A stretch of 52,934 nt of DNA, from the NCBI GenBank assembly GCA_017609795.1, contig JAFCDH010000001.1, forward strand, positions 1 to 52,934, in the 5' to 3' direction. Below the pieces are notes generated by a model, which worked only from the letters and a program-made list of their open reading frames with translations, was not told the DNA's origin and did not search any database. A program made the position numbers and the translations under genes. Shown here piece after piece: positions 1-9,019 of this stretch. The stretch comes from Candidatus Pacearchaeota archaeon. GTDB lineage: Archaea; Nanobdellota; Nanobdellia; Pacearchaeales; GW2011-AR1. Position 1 is the first letter of the stretch. The number at the start of each line of letters is the position of its first letter.

Positions 1-18
1 CTTAAGTGCTACTCTTTC

Positions 19-303
19 TTGTTATATGTGGGGTATTTTAGCATTAATTATGGAAATGTATACACATATCTTAGAAAAGTTAGAGAGGAAAAAATGAAAA
101 AAAAGAATAAAATAACAATGAAAGAATTAAATAAACAAGAAAGAGAAATTAAAAAAAGAATTAAAAAAATAGATAAAAAATTAAAACAAAGAGAGAGAAA
201 AGAATTTAATTTAAAAAATCTAAAAACCACACAAAAATTAGCCCCATACCAAATATTTGATAATGATAAACTTGCACAGAAAATTAAGGGGATGTTAAGA
301 TGA
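19..303 (+). CDS. Lys-rich hypothetical protein (start probably the internal Met at 94)
   Basis: ORF; stop overlaps next start (ATGA). Confidence 0.6.
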   Translation: MLYVGYFSINYGNVYTYLRKVREEKMKKKNKITMKELNKQEREIKKRIKKIDKKLKQRERKEFNLKNLKTTQKLAPYQIFDNDKLAQKIKGMLR

Positions 304-527
304 ATAAAATAATAAAAATAATTGCTTGGACAATATTAATAGCTATAATTTGTTTAATTATTTATGGATTTACTTTAAGAATGATTAGTGGGAATATTTG
401 TAAAAAAGAATGTAGAGAAAGAGGAACTTTTGCTTATAAAGTTTTTCCAAATTCAGAATTAAATTTAAGAGATATTTGTATGTGCGTTTATCCTGATAAC
501 AAATTTGAGAGTTTTATAATAAAATGA
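300..527 (+). CDS. Small membrane protein with Cys motifs
   Basis: N-terminal TM, CKKEC...CMC; coupled to neighbours. Confidence 0.7.
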   Translation: MNKIIKIIAWTILIAIICLIIYGFTLRMISGNICKKECRERGTFAYKVFPNSELNLRDICMCVYPDNKFESFIIK

Positions 528-712
528 AAAGAGAATATTTTATAAGTTTTATTAGCACTAAAGATGAAAAATTTAGATATAGTCATAGAGTTATAATTGT
601 AAAAGATGGAAATTTTAATATTAATAAAGTTATAAAATTCTTAGAAGAAGCAGATAAATGTAAAGACATTGTTATATTAAACTTTAAAGAATTAAAATCT
701 TATGAAAAATGA
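524..712 (+). CDS. Hypothetical protein
   Basis: ATGA overlaps on both sides. Confidence 0.65.
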   Translation: MKREYFISFISTKDEKFRYSHRVIIVKDGNFNINKVIKFLEEADKCKDIVILNFKELKSYEK

Positions 713-1065
713 TAGATAAAGAAAAAAAACTTATAGATTGGAATAATTTTTTAAAAGAGAAATTTAAAATCCCAGAAAGATTTGAATTAGTAGATAAAGA
801 CAAACCTAAAGATAAAGGAAATCCTTATATGAAATTTATTTTAATATTCTTAGGAATTTTAGCCGTTGCTGGTTCTCTGGCCTATAATGGTTCTCAGGGA
901 AATTATAAAAGTGATATCGATTGTGGGAATAATACAATGATTTGTGAAGCAGATACATTAAATTGTGATTGTGAGAAATGTCCTGATAATAATTGTAATT
1001 GCGATTGTCCTGACTTTCCTTCAGATTTAGATATTGATTTAAATATTGTTAATGAAACAGAATAA
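709..1065 (+). CDS. Membrane protein with Cys/Asp-rich C-terminus
   Basis: TM FILIFLGILAVAGSLAY then CDCEKCPDNNCNCDCPD. Confidence 0.75.
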   Translation: MIDKEKKLIDWNNFLKEKFKIPERFELVDKDKPKDKGNPYMKFILIFLGILAVAGSLAYNGSQGNYKSDIDCGNNTMICEADTLNCDCEKCPDNNCNCDCPDFPSDLDIDLNIVNETE

Positions 1066-1067
1066 AA

Positions 1068-1268
1068 ATGACAACTAAAAAAGAAATAGATTATGAAAGA
1101 AAAGCAAAATTAGAAGTAGAAAAAATTAGGCACGAAAATCGTATGACTGAAATAGAAGAAGAAAGAAAAGCAAAAATACAGGTTGAAAATAAGAAATTTG
1201 ATAATCAAAAACAAATTCAAAGAATTAGAAATGCTGATATACAAAGGGCGCAATTAAGGAAATATTAA
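1068..1268 (+). CDS. Small coiled-coil protein
   Basis: Charged helical ORF. Confidence 0.65.
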   Translation: MTTKKEIDYERKAKLEVEKIRHENRMTEIEEERKAKIQVENKKFDNQKQIQRIRNADIQRAQLRKY

Positions 1269-1567
1269 AAATGAAATCTTACTGGGAAAGAAGAAGAGAA
1301 GAAAGAGAAAATAAGAAACAAATCACAAAAGAACAAGTAGAACAAGCTGAAAAAGATTTTGCTGAAAAATTAAATAAAAAAGCAAAAGGAATAAATGACA
1401 AGAGATAATTTGAAGATGAAAAAGAAAAAAGAAGAAAGCTGGACTGATTATCCTAAATATAAAAATAAAAATGTTTTTGACAGAATTGCAGATAAATTTC
1501 ATGGAAAAGAATTTTTGATAGCATTTTGTTTAGTTTTAGGTTTTTATATATCAATAAAATTTTGAAA

Positions 1568-2158
1568 ATGGAAGTAAAAAGTCAAACACAACAAATTGAA
1601 ACTTATGAAATGGTAGGGGATATAAAAAAATATAAAACTTCTGCAAAGACTATTAAAGGAATTGTTTTGGGTTTAATTCAAAAATTTAGAAATGATGCAA
1701 AAAAAGGAAAAATCTATTCTCCAACAGAATTAGAATGGGTTTTTTCAGAATCATTAAGAAGATTTAATGAATATTATCCTAATAAAATAGTAAAAAATGA
1801 AATCACAATTTTAGATGGTTGGAAAGGAAAAGATGTTAAAGAAGTTTATAAGGGATTTGATAAAGATTTTACAATAATACAACATGTTAAAGACAAAGAA
1901 ACTGGAGAAATCACTGAATTCCCTCATACTGTAAAAAAAGAGGATTTCAATAGAATACTATTCATAATTAAAAAACTGCCCTTAAATGAGCCCGTATCGT
2001 GTTATTTGATAGCTAAAAAATTAGGGTATGGTGAATGGAAGAACTTGTGGAAAGAAAGAAAAGAATATTTTAAATTTTACTACTTTCCTATTAAAGTATG
2101 TGAAGCATTAAAAATAATTAACTATTCTGGAAAAGGGACAATAATCAGAAAGGTTTAA
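1568..2158 (+). CDS. Hypothetical protein, possible C-terminal winged helix
   Basis: ORF; ATG 1568 (MEVKSQ) lies just downstream of TATA-like tttttatata, so preferred over TTG 1526. Confidence 0.7.
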   Translation: MEVKSQTQQIETYEMVGDIKKYKTSAKTIKGIVLGLIQKFRNDAKKGKIYSPTELEWVFSESLRRFNEYYPNKIVKNEITILDGWKGKDVKEVYKGFDKDFTIIQHVKDKETGEITEFPHTVKKEDFNRILFIIKKLPLNEPVSCYLIAKKLGYGEWKNLWKERKEYFKFYYFPIKVCEALKIINYSGKGTIIRKV

Positions 2159-2192
2159 ATAGTATGTTACATTAGTTTATATGAGGTTACAA

Positions 2193-2318
2193 ATGGTATG
2201 TAAGCACAATTGGAAAAGAATTTATTTTAGAAAAAAAGTTGGAAATAATAGAAAATGGGTAACAATACCTAATAAGTTTATTTGTGATAAATGTTTGGAA
2301 ATAAGGGAGTTAAAATAA
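2193..2318 (+). CDS. 41-aa Zn-binding microprotein (not in ORF track)
   Basis: MVCKHNW...ICDKC, downstream of TATA-like aggtttaaata. Confidence 0.6.
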   Translation: MVCKHNWKRIYFRKKVGNNRKWVTIPNKFICDKCLEIRELK

Positions 2319-2322
2319 CAAA

Positions 2323-3045
2323 ATGCCATATAAAGATTATCAAAAAAGATTAGAATATCATAGAAAATATTATCAGGAGAATAAAGATAAATGGAAAAAG
2401 GAAAATTTTTGTGTAGATTGTAAAAAAAATATTTGGGATAATCATTTAAGGTGTATTTCTTGTGAGATTAAAAGAAGATGGAAAAAGGGAATTATTGATA
2501 TTGATAAAATGAGAATTTTAGCTAAACAAACACATACAGGAAAAATAGTCTCACAAGAAACAAGAGATAAGATTAGTAAGACACAAAAAGGAATGAAAAA
2601 GCCATGGGTTATTGAAAGAAATAAGTTTTATAATAAAATAGATAATACCTTTAGAAGATTAAGAAATACCGAAGAATTTAAAAAGAAGATGTTTAAAGGA
2701 ATGTGTAAAAAACCAACAAAACCAGAATTCTTTGTAATCGATTTGATAAAAGAAAAAAATCTTCCCTTTGAGTATGTTGGGGATGGGAAGGTTATTATAT
2801 CTAAATTAAACCCAAATTTTATATCTACAAATGGAAAGAAAAAAATTATTGAGGTTTTTGGAAGGTTTTGGCATGAAACATATCATAATGTTGATTATAC
2901 GAGAACAGAAAAAGGTAGAAGGGAATTTTTAAAAAGATTGGGATATGAATTACTTGTTTTATGGGATGATGAGTTAAATAAACAAAATAAAGAAAGAGTA
3001 TATAATAAAATTAATAATTTTGAAGTTCAAGGAGAATTTGAATAA
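2323..3045 (+). CDS. Homing-endonuclease-like protein: Zn finger, NUMOD3-like segment, Vsr/DUF559-type PD-(D/E)XK domain
   Basis: CVDC..CISC, GKIVSQETRDKISKTQKG, KPTKPE...NPNF...IIEVFGRFWH...LVLWDDEL. Confidence 0.8.
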   Translation: MPYKDYQKRLEYHRKYYQENKDKWKKENFCVDCKKNIWDNHLRCISCEIKRRWKKGIIDIDKMRILAKQTHTGKIVSQETRDKISKTQKGMKKPWVIERNKFYNKIDNTFRRLRNTEEFKKKMFKGMCKKPTKPEFFVIDLIKEKNLPFEYVGDGKVIISKLNPNFISTNGKKKIIEVFGRFWHETYHNVDYTRTEKGRREFLKRLGYELLVLWDDELNKQNKERVYNKINNFEVQGEFE

Positions 3046-3050
3046 ATGAT

Positions 3051-3494
3051 ATGGAAAATAATGTTAATAATCAATATAATAATACTGGTTTGGATAATAA
3101 AAATATGGGCAGAAAAATATTTAAAATGAATAATAAACTTTTATATTTTGTAATAATAATCTTAGTCTTAGTTGTAGTTGGAATGTTTTATAATTATTCA
3201 ATCAAACCAAAACAAGAAGAAAAAGTAAAAGATAAAGGAAAAATGGAATTAATTGACTCTATACTTCAAGAAGGAATACCGACAGGATATATATTTTGTC
3301 CTGATGTTAATTGGACTCAAATAGAAAATCTTAATAATACAGAAATTTTTAATACATATAAACAACTTTGTGCAACAGACGAAGATGTTTTTATAATAAG
3401 AAGTAATTTAGAAAATCTTTGTCAATCTGAATATCAAAGAGGATTAGGAGATGGGCAACAGCAAGGATATAATGTTGGTAAATCAGAATGTTAA
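3051..3494 (+). CDS. Membrane-anchored hypothetical protein
   Basis: Single TM, N-x-S/T sequons. Confidence 0.7.
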   Translation: MENNVNNQYNNTGLDNKNMGRKIFKMNNKLLYFVIIILVLVVVGMFYNYSIKPKQEEKVKDKGKMELIDSILQEGIPTGYIFCPDVNWTQIENLNNTEIFNTYKQLCATDEDVFIIRSNLENLCQSEYQRGLGDGQQQGYNVGKSEC

Positions 3495-3534
3495 ATAATT
3501 TCAGGGGATAGAAATGGTTAAAGAAGATAAATTT

Positions 3535-3575
3535 GAAAAGGGGATTAAAATGAGGTGTGTCGTATAAGTTACAAA
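3535..3575 (+). repeat. Junction repeat A, copy 1 (41 bp, identical at 4955-4995)
   Basis: gaaaaggggattaaaatgaggtgtgtcgtataagttacaaa at both sites. Confidence 0.95.
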
Positions 3576-3770
3576 ATGGGAAATGAAATAATACATTATA
3601 TAAAGAAGCACAATAATAGATTAGTCTATATTTGTAATTGGGCTTGTGGAATAACTAAAGGGAAATTTACAGCTATGAAAGGAAAAGTAACTTGCAAAAA
3701 TTGTAAAAGAATACTTTATAAGGAGGTTAATAATAATGGGAAAACAACCAAAAAAAAGAAAACTAAGTGA
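3555..3770 (+). CDS. Small Zn-finger protein (start probably MGNEII)
   Basis: H...C..VTCKNC motif. Confidence 0.65.
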   Translation: MCRISYKMGNEIIHYIKKHNNRLVYICNWACGITKGKFTAMKGKVTCKNCKRILYKEVNNNGKTTKKKKTK

Positions 3771-4062
3771 AACAAGATTAATTGGTGGAGAAACAAGGGC
3801 TTTAGCAAATAAACTTCATAGAGATGAACATATAATTGTAGATAAACATTTACCAACCCATACAGCAGAATATTATTATCACATGGCTTGTTGGATTTAT
3901 GGAAATTTATTTGATGAGTTACAAGAGATTAAAGATTTAATAAAAAAGAAAAGAAAGAAGAGAAAACCATCAGAATATAATTTATTTGTTTCAGAAAAGA
4001 TGAAAGAAGGAATGACTTTAAAAGAAGCAGTTGCAGAATATAAAACTTCGTATAACAAATAA
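3736..4062 (+). CDS. Basic protein with C-terminal HMG-box/YABBY-like motif
   Basis: KRKPSEYNLFVSEKMKEGMTLKEAVAEY. Confidence 0.65.
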   Translation: MGKQPKKRKLSETRLIGGETRALANKLHRDEHIIVDKHLPTHTAEYYYHMACWIYGNLFDELQEIKDLIKKKRKKRKPSEYNLFVSEKMKEGMTLKEAVAEYKTSYNK

Positions 4063-4573
4063 AAACTGCAATGGAGATTATCAAAGAAAGAGCAGGAAAG
4101 GAGTTGATTTAATCATGGTAAAAAAAGAAACATACGAAGAATGTTATAATAGGATTTACAAAATGATGCACCCTATTGGAATGAAAGATGGAAGAGAGTT
4201 ATCTAAATTAGTAAAAAAGAAAGGTAATTTTGTATTTCCACTTTATAGAAGTGTTTTAGTTGTAACCCCACTTAAAGGAGGACAAATTATGTTAGATTTT
4301 TTCCATGACCCTGCTTGGCTTGGAAATGAGAGAACTAAAAAAACAATTAAAAAATTTAAAGATGGAAAATCAATCCTATTGCAAGGACAAAGAAGTGGAG
4401 TAGATGTTTGGTATGGATTTGAAAGCAGAGATATTGCTATGAAAATATCAGATTTATTTTTTGAGGAATTAGAGGGAGTTGTAAAGAAACATCAGAAACG
4501 GATGGAAGATAGTTGGGATAAAGCAGTAAGGAAACAAAATAAAAGGAGAAAACAATATGATAAAAGTAAATAA
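4031..4573 (+). CDS. Hypothetical protein (start probably MVKKET)
   Basis: ORF with SD-like aaggag before internal Met. Confidence 0.7.
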   Translation: MQNIKLRITNKNCNGDYQRKSRKGVDLIMVKKETYEECYNRIYKMMHPIGMKDGRELSKLVKKKGNFVFPLYRSVLVVTPLKGGQIMLDFFHDPAWLGNERTKKTIKKFKDGKSILLQGQRSGVDVWYGFESRDIAMKISDLFFEELEGVVKKHQKRMEDSWDKAVRKQNKRRKQYDKSK

Positions 4574-4579
4574 AGATTT

Positions 4580-4610
4580 AATACAAGGGAGGAAAAAAGA
4601 TTAAATGAAA
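4580..4610 (+). repeat. Junction repeat B, copy 1 (31 bp, identical at 8398-8428)
   Basis: aatacaagggaggaaaaaagattaaatgaaa at both sites; contains SD and ATG. Confidence 0.95.
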
Positions 4611-4702
4611 GATGAAATTTGAAACTAAATTAAATATAATATTTGGAATAACTGCAATAGTGATGGTTTGGGCATCTTGGTATGTAAGTTCATTTATGTA
4701 AA

Positions 4703-4987
4703 ATGGGAATAAATGAAAAAATTGATGCACTGAAAAAGAAAACAAGAGAATATGAAGATGAATTGAAAGATTTAATAGAAAGTGATACATTTAAGATTTC
4801 AACAAATACTGCATTTTTACAAAATATAAAATTACAAGAAAAGTTTGAGGGATTTGGATTTTTTCCAGATTGGCTTAAATTAAAACATCAACAAATGTGG
4901 GATAAACAAACTGATGGAGATGTTGAAATTACTTTTAAAATTAAAATTCAAAAAGAAAAGGGGATTAAAATGAGGTGTGTCGTATAA
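4703..4987 (+). CDS. Hypothetical protein
   Basis: ORF ending inside repeat A. Confidence 0.7.
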   Translation: MGINEKIDALKKKTREYEDELKDLIESDTFKISTNTAFLQNIKLQEKFEGFGFFPDWLKLKHQQMWDKQTDGDVEITFKIKIQKEKGIKMRCVV

Positions 4988-4995
4988 GTTACAAA
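4955..4995 (+). repeat. Junction repeat A, copy 2
   Basis: Identical to 3535-3575. Confidence 0.95.
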
Positions 4996-5024
4996 TTACG
5001 AACTAAATACAATGGAGGTTAAAC

Positions 5025-5264
5025 ATGAAACGATTTGATTTAAAAGAAACAATAAGAAGATTAAGTGAGTTAGAATTAGAATCACAAAGAAAGGAATACT
5101 TTGGAGATGCAACTGAATATGCTTTTAGAAGGCATGTTTTAATATTACTCAATGGGTTAAAAAGAAAGCCAAGAACAATGTCTAAGTATAATTTACATGT
5201 ATCTAAAGAAATGAAGGCAGGAAAAACAATGGAAGAAGCTGTTAAAACTTGGAGGAAAAAATAA
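5025..5264 (+). CDS. Basic protein with C-terminal HMG-box/YABBY-like motif (paralogue of 3736-4062)
   Basis: KRKPRTMSKYNLHVSKEMKAGKTMEEAVKTW; SD ggaggt. Confidence 0.65.
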   Translation: MKRFDLKETIRRLSELELESQRKEYFGDATEYAFRRHVLILLNGLKRKPRTMSKYNLHVSKEMKAGKTMEEAVKTWRKK

Positions 5265-5458
5265 CTTCGCTTATCATAAAAAATGGGAAATAAAAAACAA
5301 AAGAAATATGATTCAGGAAAAGAGTTTTTATTAATTAATAAGATTGATGATATTTGTGAATTTGAAATACCTGATTATTATAAGATTATTTTGATACTAA
5401 AAATAATAAGAAATTGGAGGGATGAATTTTAGAGGGAAGAGATACATTTGGAAATTAA

Positions 5459-5653
5459 TTGAAATCAAAGAAAATGGAAAAAGAATTTAATTTAAGTGAG
5501 AAAATATTTGGAATTAGACAAGGATTTGTAGCTTATGAAGAAGAAATTAAAGAATTTATTAAGAGAGTGAAGATTGAATTTTATAGACCCTCAACTAATT
5601 GGGATAACTTTGAAGAGATAATAGACAAACTAGCAGGAGATAAATTAACATGA
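5459..5653 (+). CDS. Hypothetical protein
   Basis: EFNLSEKI...IKEFIKR...IDKLAGDKL, coupled to next gene. Confidence 0.65.
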   Translation: MKSKKMEKEFNLSEKIFGIRQGFVAYEEEIKEFIKRVKIEFYRPSTNWDNFEEIIDKLAGDKLT

Positions 5654-6084
5654 AAACAATAAATTGGAATTTTAAATTGAAGAATTGTATTATTTGTAAT
5701 AATATTTTTAAACCAACTAATGGAAAACAAATAACTTGTTGTAAGGAATGTGAGGAAAAAAGAAAACTAAATTATAATAAGAAATATAACAAAAATAATC
5801 CTGAAATTGTTGCTAAATCTGTTAGAGAACATTATCAAAGAAATAAAAAAAAGAAATGTGAATATCAAATAAAATATAATCAAAATCATAAAGATGTTAT
5901 TAAATTAAGAAATGATACAAGAGAATATATTAGGAAAAATAAGATAAATTTTGTTGGTCTTTGTTTAGATTGTGGGAGATTATGTAAAAGAGAAATACAT
6001 CATATAACTCCAACCATTCAAGGATTTATTTTAATCTGTCAAGATTGCCATTACAAAAGACATAATAAAAGGAGTAGAAGATGA
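5650..6084 (+). CDS. HNH endonuclease with Zn finger
   Basis: CIIC..CCKEC; CLDCG...EIHH...LICQDCHYKRH. Confidence 0.8.
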   Translation: MKTINWNFKLKNCIICNNIFKPTNGKQITCCKECEEKRKLNYNKKYNKNNPEIVAKSVREHYQRNKKKKCEYQIKYNQNHKDVIKLRNDTREYIRKNKINFVGLCLDCGRLCKREIHHITPTIQGFILICQDCHYKRHNKRSRR

Positions 6085-6153
6085 GTTTTAAATCAATAAA
6101 AGAACTAAAAGCAAGGATTGAGGGAACTTCTGAAAATTAGGTAAATAACTGAA

Positions 6154-6375
6154 ATGGTATACAAAATTAAAGAAGTAAAAAATATGTATCAGTTCGTTGG
6201 AACAAGAGAAGTAGAATTACAAGAATATGATTTTGGAATAGTTTTTCCAGAGTTTTGTTTTGTTTGGAAGGATGGAAAAAAGATAAATAAGAAAATAATA
6301 AGGGAGTTATTGAAAATGAAAGATGAAGTAGAATTAGAAGATAAGAAAAGATTAAAGGAGAAGTCAAATGGTTAA
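6154..6375 (+). CDS. Hypothetical protein
   Basis: ORF ending in KEKSNG, the same tail as 7706-8194. Confidence 0.65.
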   Translation: MVYKIKEVKNMYQFVGTREVELQEYDFGIVFPEFCFVWKDGKKINKKIIRELLKMKDEVELEDKKRLKEKSNG

Positions 6376-6571
6376 AAACAATAAAGGTTGTGGAAGAATG
6401 TTAGCAATATCAGAAGATAGAGATTGTGGGGCATTTTGTCCTTTTTGTAAAGAAATTCATTATTGTGTTCTTTGTGGAGGGGGATATGAATTACATAGAA
6501 TTGCACTAAATATGATGGCTAAAGAAATGAAGAAGAAGAAAACTTCCCAAAAACAGAGGAAAATGAAATGA
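6368..6571 (+). CDS. Zn-finger microprotein
   Basis: GCG..CGAFCPFC..YCVLC; ends SQKQRKMK like 8187-8378. Confidence 0.7.
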   Translation: MVKNNKGCGRMLAISEDRDCGAFCPFCKEIHYCVLCGGGYELHRIALNMMAKEMKKKKTSQKQRKMK

Positions 6572-6593
6572 CAATTAAAAACTTAGAACAAAT
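6544..6593 (+). repeat. Junction repeat C, copy 1 (39 bp exact, ~50 bp with 2 mismatches, at 8351-8400)
   Basis: ttcccaaaaacagaggaaaatgaaatgacaattaaaaac at both sites. Confidence 0.95.
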
Positions 6594-6926
6594 GAGCAAA
6601 AGAATATGTAAAGGATGTAAAAAAGAAATAAGAATTGTAATAATTGAAAACCATAAAGCACCTTTACAAATATATCCAAAAGAAAGATTAAATTATTGTG
6701 ATGAATGTTGGGAGAAAAGATGAACAAACATTGCATAAGGTGTGGAAGAAAATGTAAATCACAAATGGAAGAAGATGCTGAGCTTTGTGAATATCATTTG
6801 AGAAATAAATTAATAGATGATGTTAATAATGCAATATCAAGAATTTCAATATGAATAACAAAAACAAATAAACTATGACAAAAACTAAAACTTTAAATAA
6901 AAATTTAGGGCTTATTTGCCCTGTAT

Positions 6927-7001
6927 GGCAGAGGGCCTGGAAACCTACCAGTGAGCCCGCGGGTGTAAACTGGGAAGCAGGTTCGAATCCTGCCTCTGCT
7001 A
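6927..7001 (+). tRNA. tRNA-like RNA / degenerate tRNA, identity unclear
   Basis: Acceptor stem GGCAGAG/CTCTGCT plus A, perfect T-arm GCAGG-TTCGAAT-CCTGC, D-like stem CTGG/CCAG lacking GG, irregular anticodon arm. Confidence 0.6.
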
Positions 7002-7023
7002 ATTGTGAGTAAACACAATAATA

Positions 7024-7117
7024 AATCCAGTGTGAGTCTGTGCAAGCTCAGACACTCAGGAAAGACTGGGATTGAGGGGAGTGATTAGATATTAACTGTA
7101 TATGGATGCTCCCCTCA
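7024..7117 (+). ncRNA. Structured non-coding segment after the tRNA-like element
   Basis: Nested stems tccagt/actgg and tgagtctg/cagacactca, then 10-bp stem tgaggggagt/gctcccctca; GC-rich island in AT-rich DNA. Confidence 0.45.
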
Positions 7118-7281
7118 TTAAATTCAAATAAAATGGGAACTTTAAAAGAACAAATTGAAGAAGAAATAAAATTCTTATGGGCAATAAGACAAATTTGTTT
7201 CAATAAAAGAATTTTAAAGAAAATACAATTTAGAGAGAAGATACTAAAAAATAAATTAAAGGAGTGTAGTTTAAAATAAAA

Positions 7282-7560
7282 ATGGGAAATGGTTTATTTA
7301 TAACAGATAAGGAAGCAATTAGAATTATCAGAAAAGAGAATAGAGAATTAGAAAGTGAAGTTATTAAATTAAAAAAGGAAATTAAGAATTTAAAGAAAAC
7401 AAGTGTTTATTGTGAAACTTGTAAAAAACATATTGGATTTTATTTAAAAAAAGGAGGATATGAACTTTTGAATGGGGTAATTCAGCATGGACAAGGAAAA
7501 GGAAAAAAAGAATTATTAAGTTTTTGTTCAAGAAAATGTGAGGAGGAAAATAAAAAATGA
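7282..7560 (+). CDS. Coiled-coil plus Zn-finger protein
   Basis: CETC...FCSRKC (TRASH-like). Confidence 0.7.
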   Translation: MGNGLFITDKEAIRIIRKENRELESEVIKLKKEIKNLKKTSVYCETCKKHIGFYLKKGGYELLNGVIQHGQGKGKKELLSFCSRKCEEENKK

Positions 7561-7705
7561 TAGAAATTAGTTTTAATAATGTTGGAATGATTATCTTTAG
7601 TTGTAATCATGTTAAAGGATATAATAAAGGTAATGGAAAAAGATTATGTTCAAAATGTAGAAAGAAGATTATTAATAAATTAAATAGTTCGCTTTGTAGG
7701 TAAAT

Positions 7706-8194
7706 ATGGGAAATAATGAAGATAAATGTTGTAGATGTAAGGAAAAAAGTTTAATGCAAGTGATGTTGCCAATAGCAGAAGTTACTGAAACTGGTAGGGT
7801 TGTTTTCCCACAAGAAACAGAACAACAATCAGTTCAAATACCAGTTCCTTTATGTTTTAAATGTATGCAATTTGCAAGTGAAGGTTGGATTAATTTAATG
7901 AAAGTTCCTAATAAAGAGAAATATCAATTAATAGAATGTTGTGATAGGAATAGTGATTTTTCTTTAAGAAAAATTGAGGAAAGATATAAAAGTGGGGAAT
8001 TGAAAAAAGACATAAAAGAAACTTTAGAAAAGTTGGGAAAAACAAAAGAACAAATTAAAAAACAGAAGATGAAAAATACTCCTTTTAGGATTTCAATAAT
8101 TGTTGATGAGATTATGGATAATTTTAAAGATTTTGAGAAAAAGGTTAAGGAAAAGAGTTCCGAAAACATAGGAAAGGAGAAGTCAAATGGATAA
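7706..8194 (+). CDS. Zn-binding hypothetical protein
   Basis: CCRC...LCFKC. Confidence 0.7.
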   Translation: MGNNEDKCCRCKEKSLMQVMLPIAEVTETGRVVFPQETEQQSVQIPVPLCFKCMQFASEGWINLMKVPNKEKYQLIECCDRNSDFSLRKIEERYKSGELKKDIKETLEKLGKTKEQIKKQKMKNTPFRISIIVDEIMDNFKDFEKKVKEKSSENIGKEKSNG

Positions 8195-8378
8195 TCCTTG
8201 TTTAGTGTGTCAAAAGAAAGAAGCAGTTGATAGTGGAATGTGTGAGGATTGTTATGATAAAGCTTGTGATTATGCTGAACAAAAATATTATGAAGATGAA
8301 GAAGAAAAGAGATTAAAAAAAGTAAAGATTAGAAAAACAATAAACAAAAGTTCCCAAAAACAGAGGAAAATGAAATGA
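8187..8378 (+). CDS. Zn-finger microprotein
   Basis: CLVC..MCEDC. Confidence 0.7.
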   Translation: MDNPCLVCQKKEAVDSGMCEDCYDKACDYAEQKYYEDEEEKRLKKVKIRKTINKSSQKQRKMK

Positions 8379-8428
8379 CAATTAAAAACAAAGAACAAAT
8401 ACAAGGGAGGAAAAAAGATTAAATGAAA
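8351..8428 (+). repeat. Composite junction: repeat C copy 2 fused directly to repeat B copy 2
   Basis: 8351-8400 matches 6544-6593; 8398-8428 matches 4580-4610. Confidence 0.9.
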
Positions 8429-9019
8429 AAGATATTAACAAAACAAGAAAGAGAAGATGCAATGGGTGATTTATTAGGAATAGCTTTTATTATATTTTTA
8501 ATAGTTATTGGAATAATGTTTTCTATGGGAATAGTTTCTGCAACTAATGGAACTGGAACAATTAATTTGAGTGAATCTAATATTACTTTAAATCCAAATT
8601 TATTGAAGGTTTCTGGTAATTTTTCAATCTTTGGAAATTTGAATGTTTCAGGTAGGTTGTATTTAGGGGAATTAATTGAAGGAAATTTTACAATAAAATC
8701 TATAACTATTGGAACAGAAAGAAACGCATCTGGGTTTTTAGAAGATGCAATCCAAATGACAAGTTATGAAGGAGATTTTTATAAACATCCTGAATTAAAT
8801 TTAACAAGTGAAGTTACTTATGCGAGTTTTATAGCTTCTGAAAGATTTTTGAATGAAAGTGAGTGTGTTAAGCTTTATGTAGTAGGAACAAGAGTAGAAT
8901 TAGTTGAATTAGAAAAAAAGTGGTGGCAATTTTGGAAAAATAAAGATAAATTAGTATTTAATCCAATAGTTGCTTATGTTTGTGAACAAAAAGTTAATGA
9001 AGTAAGGTATTATCCATAA
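8423..9019 (+). CDS. Secreted/membrane glycoprotein-like protein
   Basis: Signal/TM ending IVSA, several sequons, KKWWQFWK motif. Confidence 0.75.
   Translation: MKKILTKQEREDAMGDLLGIAFIIFLIVIGIMFSMGIVSATNGTGTINLSESNITLNPNLLKVSGNFSIFGNLNVSGRLYLGELIEGNFTIKSITIGTERNASGFLEDAIQMTSYEGDFYKHPELNLTSEVTYASFIASERFLNESECVKLYVVGTRVELVELEKKWWQFWKNKDKLVFNPIVAYVCEQKVNEVRYYP

Noticed and set aside
1..10. cttaagtg at window start as terminal repeat matching origin iterons
   Set aside because: Match too short to be meaningful in AT-rich DNA
4042..4056. True loxP site
   Set aside because: Only one near-matching arm, no inverted partner at 8-bp spacing, no Cre-like gene
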